From positions 21,638,001 through 21,702,000 of the forward strand of contig OZ024747.1 in the NCBI GenBank assembly GCA_964016885.1: a stretch of DNA of 64,000 bases, in the 5' to 3' direction. Source of the stretch: Eledone cirrhosa (Eukaryota). The position numbers and the translations under genes were made by a program. Position 1 is the stretch's first letter. The number at the start of each line of letters is the position of its first letter. Of the stretch, positions 57,052-64,000 are shown piece after piece. The notes below the pieces were generated by a model that had not been told where the DNA came from, ran no database searches, and saw nothing but the letters and a program-made list of their open reading frames with translations.

Positions 57052-58092
57052 ATGAGTAGCAAACCAGCTACCAAAATACAAATATTCATGTCAAACCAAT
57101 ATAAAACCATCACACAATATAAAAAATTAACCCTCATGATTTTTGCCATTTGTGCTCTTGGCTTAATTATTTTTACATGTGCTCAGTCATTCTTTGCTAA
57201 CAATTACGTACTCAACTTCAGAAAAGAAGACCTCAAAACTCTACCAAAATTAGAAGAACATAAACATGAAGACTACAGTATTCGGCCCAAAATTCGCCAC
57301 AGATTTCATCGTTATCCTCACACTAGCAGATATCTTCCTCAGTGCATCATTATTGGTGTACGCAAAGGTGGTACAGGTGCACTGATTCACTTTTTAGACA
57401 TTCATCCAAATATTGCTATTGCTTCTGCAGAAGTCCATTTCTTTGATGTTAACTATAAGCGTGGTCTTAATTGGTACAGAAAACGCATGCCATATTCCTT
57501 TCCAAATCAGATAACTATTGAAAAAACCCCTGCATATTTTGTAAAGAAAAATGTACCAGAATCAGTGAAAAAAATGAATCAGTCTATTAAGTTGCTATTA
57601 ATTGTACGTGAGCCAGTTGAAAGAACTATTTCGGATTACACACAGATTCTAGTAAAAGCAATCAGAAATTCCTCATACCCTACTTTTGAAGACCTTGCTA
57701 TAGACCCAATCACAAATATGGTCAACCCTTCATTTGCTGCTACAGACCGTTCTCTGTATGACAAACATATGGCTAACTGGCTCAAGTATTTCAATCGTTC
57801 TCAAATTCATATTGTCGATGGAGATAACTTTCGACACAACCCATATCAGGAAATTGTGAAAATTGAGAAGTTCCTCCATTTGGAACACAAAATATCAGAA
57901 AACGATTATTACTTTGACCCTGATAAGAAATTTTATTGTATAAGAGGATTCATTAATCGATGTTTACCAGACTCTAAGGGAAGAAAACATGTCAAAGTAA
58001 ACGATTCAGTGAAAACAAAATTACGTAATTATTTTCGTCCACACAATGAAATATTTTTTAAGATGATTTCTAAAAGGTTCAAAAACTGGTAA
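57052..58092 (+). CDS. HS3ST: Heparan sulfate glucosamine 3-O-sulfotransferase (HS3ST1/5-like), 346 aa, single coding exon
   Basis: N-terminal hydrophobic anchor (LTLMIFAICALGLIIFTCA), 5'-PSB motif IIIGVRKGGT, EVHFFD, EKTPAYF, 3'-PB REPVERTISDYTQ, C-terminal YC...CL..SKGRKH. Polypyrimidine tract + AG acceptor ends at 57027; an in-frame TGA at 57034 fixes the ATG. Exact paralog not determinable. Confidence 0.95.
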   Translation: MSSKPATKIQIFMSNQYKTITQYKKLTLMIFAICALGLIIFTCAQSFFANNYVLNFRKEDLKTLPKLEEHKHEDYSIRPKIRHRFHRYPHTSRYLPQCIIIGVRKGGTGALIHFLDIHPNIAIASAEVHFFDVNYKRGLNWYRKRMPYSFPNQITIEKTPAYFVKKNVPESVKKMNQSIKLLLIVREPVERTISDYTQILVKAIRNSSYPTFEDLAIDPITNMVNPSFAATDRSLYDKHMANWLKYFNRSQIHIVDGDNFRHNPYQEIVKIEKFLHLEHKISENDYYFDPDKKFYCIRGFINRCLPDSKGRKHVKVNDSVKTKLRNYFRPHNEIFFKMISKRFKNW

Positions 58093-58362
58093 ACTTACTT
58101 CATCTTTTATAAATATATATATATACATACATATATATATATAAATGTATATGTATATATATATATATGTATATATATATATTCATATTACTGTACAGTT
58201 GATAACATATTATTAGCAACAGCTTCCAATTTGAGTTTATCTGGTATTCATATTATCATGACCATAACTCTTTCCTTACATGAGGTTTTTACTTTTTATA
58301 TATATATATATATATTACATTCAGTCATCCTTGCCACATGTTATTTATTATACACAGCCTCC

Positions 58363-58368
58363 AATAAA
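58363..58368 (+). promoter_or_regulatory. Candidate polyadenylation signal AATAAA for HS3ST
   Basis: AATAAA about 270 nt after the stop codon; weak evidence in AT-rich DNA. Confidence 0.3.
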
Positions 58369-60332
58369 TGTAGTATATATAATTGTTCATCCATTATATA
58401 GGCAGCTAATGTTATGTTTTTAACAATACAGCTTCTTCCACTAAGCTCATTTGCTGACAGATATATGATGATGTAGCTGCAAATTTCTAAAGTTCTCAGG
58501 TTTACATCAGATTTGGCTTTTATATTGCATTTGTATTCAAATCTATTTTCATCTCAATCATTAAATATTTTTGTAACATATCAAACAGCACTGTAACTTT
58601 GTATGCTTTCTAATATTTGTGGAAATATTCTCTCCTTGTTATTACATCTAAATCAAAAATAACATCATACTCCATAACCTCAAAACACTATGAATTTAGT
58701 TTGTTGCTAATCATTTTTACTATGGAAATACTTAGTCTTGGATTAATGATTGCCACAAGTTTTTTAACATCATAATAAGATAAACTTGAACATATATCAT
58801 ATTTAACTAATAATACACCATATTTGAAATAAACTATGCAGAAAATGTGAAAAAAAAAAATATTTAGAAATTGGAGTTAACACTAAAACTAAAATCTGGA
58901 TGAAACAACACATCTAAAATAGTTAAGTCATGTTATCTCACTGCTCAAAATCATGTGATATTGGTATAAAATGCTTTCCAAAACTTTGCCAACACACATT
59001 GTAGTTCAATTTCATATGTTGGGACCACAACTAAAAGTGAATCATTATCATCATCATAATCACTGTTTTATGCCTTGCACTATTCTTGCATGGGTTAGAC
59101 AGATTGTCAGATACTAAAGCTAGACTGGTCAGCTGACTGTCTTGCTCATATGTTCCATTTTTGCCTTGGTTTTCTATGGCTAGATGAAAGAGCCTCTGCA
59201 TAGTTGCTAGATATTAGAATAGTAGTGAAATAACATACTACCTTCTTAAAAAAAAGATAGTATTGTCATAGCTAAAATACCTGCAAGAGCAGTGTTGACC
59301 TTAAAACAACAACAATTAAAAGTGAATAGTGACAGCTTGTTTGGATTATTAATATATGAGAAATGTAAACATTTTATGATCCTTTGCAGTAAATTATAGT
59401 AGGCAGCAAATTTGTAGTCATTAGAACATTAGGTAGAATGTTTTGCAGTATTCATTTCAGTTCTCTACTTTCTGAATACAAACCCCACCAAGGTCAACGT
59501 CAATAAAAAAAAAGTACCAGTCTAGTACTAGAGTCAATTCTTTTCTTCTATATCTCTCTCTCACTTCCTCTCTATCACTCTGCCACAATCCTTTTCTGGA
59601 AGAAATTGACTATGTTTAGACCTGGAGCAGAAATGGGCTACACCAAGTTTTAAATTCCCCACAAAATGTTGTATGTCACTATAGTACCCCTACAATTCCA
59701 CCAGGAGTTAGGGCCCATACATGCATACATACAAAGTATACTCTAAATAAGACAATAGATTGACAGAATCAGTAGAGCAACAGACAAAATGCCTTGCAGT
59801 ATTTACTTACATCCCTTTATGTTTTGAGCTGGAACCCTCCACAAAATCAATTTTGCCTTTCATCTTTTCATAGATGAAAGGCAAAATTAGTACAACAAAA
59901 TAAAGTACAACTCATTACCACATATCAATTGATGAAAAAATTGGAGGGATTTACTAAAATTATTAATTATTTCATTAAGATGGTGTTTGTAACATAACCC
60001 AGCTAAAGGTTTTTGTATCAAATTATTTTGAACGTTTTAAATTTAAATAGGTACCTTTTCAAATGGGTGGTTTTGTTTCATGGAAACAAAGACTGTTTTG
60101 AGTGGGTTGGTATCAAATAGATTAATCATCAATTATACCCTTTCCTCCCCCAATATATATATATAATATAATATCATCATCATCATCATCATCATCTTCG
60201 TTTAACGTCTATTTTCCACGCTAGCATGGATATATATTATATAGTATATATATATAATATGATATATATATATAATATGATATATATATAATATGATATA
60301 TATATATAATATGATATATATATCATACATAC

Positions 60333-60890
60333 GACAGCTGTATAAAAAAGTGCAGGGCGATAAAAATAGATGGTAGCCACGGAGTAGGCAGACCCAGAAA
60401 AACCTGGGACGACTTGATAAATTCCGACCTCACACACTTACACCTCTCCAAGACAACGTCACTGGACCGAGATCTTTGGCGCTATACAGAAGACCCGCCT
60501 TGCCTAAGTACAAAGCGAAACCTACAGTCAGTAGGCACCTCTAACAAAATACACCCCTGTCCCACTACCCCCACCCCATCCACACCACCCCCTTCAATGT
60601 GAAGTTATGTTGGTACCACAACATCCAGACCGAAACAAATGAGGTCGTGTAGGTGTCACGACAAGAAAAACACACAGTCCACGCTGTAATGTGGCCGTGT
60701 AGGTAACAGTAAAAACCTCCCAGTCCACACTGTAAACGTGGTTGGTGTTAGGAAGGGCATCCAGCCGTAGAAAACCCGCCAGACAGTCCTATACGAGCAG
60801 GACGACCAATCTTGCCTCAAGTGGGAAAACTCCCGTCCAAACCCATGCAAGCGTGGAAGATGGACATTAAACGATGATGATGATGATGAT
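60333..60890 (+). mobile_element. 5'-truncated copy of the same RTE family
   Basis: Closely matches reverse complement of about 44655-45210 (INSDLTHLHLSKT.SLDRDLWRY, 3' UTR, (ATG)n tail). Confidence 0.9.
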
Positions 60891-61493
60891 ATATATATAA
60901 TATGATATATATATGTGATATGATATATGATATAATATACATATATATATATAATATAATATATATATATATAATATAATATATATATATATGATATAAT
61001 ATATATATATATGATATAATATATATATGTAATATGATATAATATATATGATATAATATATAAATATAATATATATATATATACATACATATATCTAAAT
61101 ACATTTTGATGTCTAGAATTAACCCCCAAATCCCACCAAGTCCCACCCCACTCAATCAAATCCTATAAAATTCCACCACAGTTGTCTTTGATTCAGATGT
61201 TTGTATTCCCTCCACTATTGTTGTTTTTTTCTTATTTGTTTGTTTTGTTTCTTTACAGTTTTGTTTGTTTGTTTGTTTGTTTTTTCTTTAACATCTGATA
61301 GACAAAAACCTGTAAATATTGTTATTTTTCATAATGTGCTTTACCTGAATATAAGAAAAGTGCTTTTGTGATTTGGGGTTTTTTCGATTTTTTTTTGATT
61401 TTTTTTTTTTAAATTTCAGGAATATTTATCAAATCCATTCTTGAACTGGCTAGTTGTCTTTCACTCAACAATAAGCATTATTTGTTTGTAATA

Positions 61494-61610
61494 GGGCGGT
61501 GAATTGGCAGTATCGGTAGAGGGTTGGATGCCATGCTTTGACGCATAGAGTTACGGCCCTTGCCATTCTGAGATCAAATCCCGCCAAGGTTAAAAAGTAG
61601 AAACAATTAT
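61494..61610 (+). mobile_element. Internally deleted SINE family A copy
   Basis: GGGCGGTGAATTGGCAGTATCGGTAGAGGG...AAATCCCGCC. Confidence 0.72.
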
Positions 61611-61991
61611 TTGTTTGTAATTGATCCCATTTGAGAATGATCACTGTTTCATCTAATTTGTATTGATCCTGTTTGAAATCACTGTTTCATTCATATTGCT
61701 TCATGACATTTTCTTGATGTTAAATTTATAGACATATATCATATCTCCTTTTATAGACATATATCATATCTCCTTCTTCCTCGCCACACTATTCTGTAGA
61801 GCACTGAAGGCAGATCAAATCGTATATTTTGTTGGCATTTGCATTCATTTTATAAACCAAAATATTTCTTAATAACCTTATTAAATTCATTTGGTTACAC
61901 ACAAATTTATATATGTGTGTGTATGTGTCAGAAAGACCAATATAATGTCTTCCATGCTTGCCAAGATGAGTGTTACATTTCTCTCTACATA

Positions 61992-62044
<53 letters not shown>

Positions 62045-62659
62045 CCTGTTTGACATATATATCATTGCAGTCATAAAATTTCTTTATAGACTAAATTATA
62101 GGAGCGTTTATCTTCTGATAAGGAGACAATAAAATAATCTCTAAAATGCACAAAGATAATCTCATAATTTTTTTTCTGTATATGAAAGAATACTGAAAAG
62201 TGTTTACACTTCTTACTTTTCACACCATTATTAAATTTACTTTAAATCTTCTTATATGTTGTTCTCTAACTATAAATAAAACATAGGTATTTATTATTTT
62301 CGGTGAAAGATAGAGAGAAATCAATTGAGCATGCTGTGATGGATGTGTAATGGTAATGTCTATGAATCATAAAACACGGGTAAGCAGACAGAAAAACTGG
62401 AATTAAATATGCAGTGTGCAAGAAAAAACAACTGTGCTGGAATGGACATTAGATGAAGTGCCAGGAGATCTCAGTGGAAGGAAGCTGTACTAGAGGAAGA
62501 CTGAGGAAAACCTGAGCAGAAGTGGTGAGAGCTGATCTCAAAATGATGGACCTCACAGAGATAATTATAAAGGAACACAAGTGGAGGGAAACTATGCTGG
62601 AGAACACCTGTCTAACCTATGCAAGATGGAAAACATGTAAAGTGTTGCTGCTGCTGATA

Positions 62660-62745
<86 letters not shown>

Positions 62746-62773
62746 GTGTATATATATATATATATATGTATGT

Positions 62774-62927
<154 letters not shown>

Positions 62928-62934
62928 ATATATA

Positions 62935-62965
<31 letters not shown>

Positions 62966-62998
62966 GTGTGTATATATATATATATGTGTATATATATA

Positions 62999-63047
<49 letters not shown>

Positions 63048-63074
63048 ATATATATATATATGTGTATATATATA

Positions 63075-63105
<31 letters not shown>

Positions 63106-63218
63106 GTGTATATATATATATATATATATGTGTATATATATATATATGTATGTGTATATATATATATATGTATGTGTATATATATATATATATATATATG
63201 TGTATATATATATATATA

Positions 63219-63249
<31 letters not shown>

Positions 63250-63268
63250 GTGTATATATATATATATA

Positions 63269-63317
<49 letters not shown>

Positions 63318-63339
63318 GTATATATTATATAAATATATG

Positions 63340-63452
63340 TGAGTCCTGGGTTTAATCATGGGTAACCACAGTAAGTAAGGTACTCAATACATTTCCTGAT
63401 GATTTCCTCTAAATGAAACAGTTCTAGTTCTGCAGTTTCTATATTAAATTTC
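63340..63452 (+). mobile_element. Decayed solo pLTR-like piece related to the 31.3-31.6 kb element
   Basis: Shares GGTAACCACAGTAAGTAAGGTACTCAATACAT and CTGATGATTTC...GAAACAGTTCTAGT; cleavage site mutated to GCA. Confidence 0.65.
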
Positions 63453-63467
63453 ATATATATATATATA

Positions 63468-63511
<44 letters not shown>

Positions 63512-63873
63512 GTGTATGTGTGTCTATATATGTATATTTGTATATATATATTTGTATATATATATATTTGTGTATATATAAATGAAACTGAATTAGAAGA
63601 TTTCACCTAAATAAAATATAGTCTAATAATAACTGGGTGTACCATCCTACCAAAAGACAGGCATCAGTGCACGTGGGTGCTGATGCCTGTCTTTTTCCGT
63701 TCTGTGGGCTTATATGCTCTGTTACCATTCGACTACTTTTAGTCAAATTTGCAACAAAATCTTCTAATTCAATTTCAATTTCCACTTCGCATTTTCTAAA
63801 CCCACGTACTTTATATATACATATATATACACAATATATTAATAAATGGAAACTATATTTATAAAACCATAAT

Positions 63874-63938
63874 TATTTTATTATATATATTTCAAGGGCG
63901 CCCAAGCCAATCTTGGTGCGCTTTCATCAGATAAAATA
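63874..63938 (-). ncRNA. Minimal type I hammerhead ribozyme
   Basis: TATTTTAT-CTGATGA-AAGCGCACCAAG attgg CTTGGGCGCCCTT-GAAA-T atat A-TA-ATAAAATA: 8-bp stem I, palindromic stem III tetraloop. Confidence 0.82.
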
Positions 63939-64000
63939 CAAAATTTGTTTTATAAATAGTGACATAACCATGGAAAACAACCTTGACGGTTGAAAATTCG

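Overview
AT-rich animal genomic DNA; the repeat landscape suggests an octopus or other coleoid cephalopod (inference, no database check). Roughly half of the window is kilobase-scale interrupted (TA)n microsatellite, and the hundreds of 'YIYI' ORFs in the track are artefacts of it. The only host gene is a single-coding-exon heparan sulfate 3-O-sulfotransferase (57052-58092, +); much of the window may be its long 5' intron. Embedded in the arrays are at least six Penelope-like element (PLE) fragments of two or three types, a near full-length CR1-group LINE (21.2-25.5 kb, -), an intact RTE LINE (44.7-48.8 kb, -), SINEs and MITEs. The most striking unannotated signal is about ten type I hammerhead ribozyme (HHR) motifs read by eye, from intact to decayed. 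These include a back-to-back HHR pair in an inverted repeat and two palindromes built from only the 3' half of a hammerhead, one at the centre of a ~1.5 kb fold-back of the microsatellite itself. The CR1-like LINE has a Myb/SANT + polyQ + 2xCCCH ORF1 and an AUG-less ORF2 that opens in the -1 frame just before a U_UUU_UUA slippery site, suggesting programmed ribosomal frameshifting.
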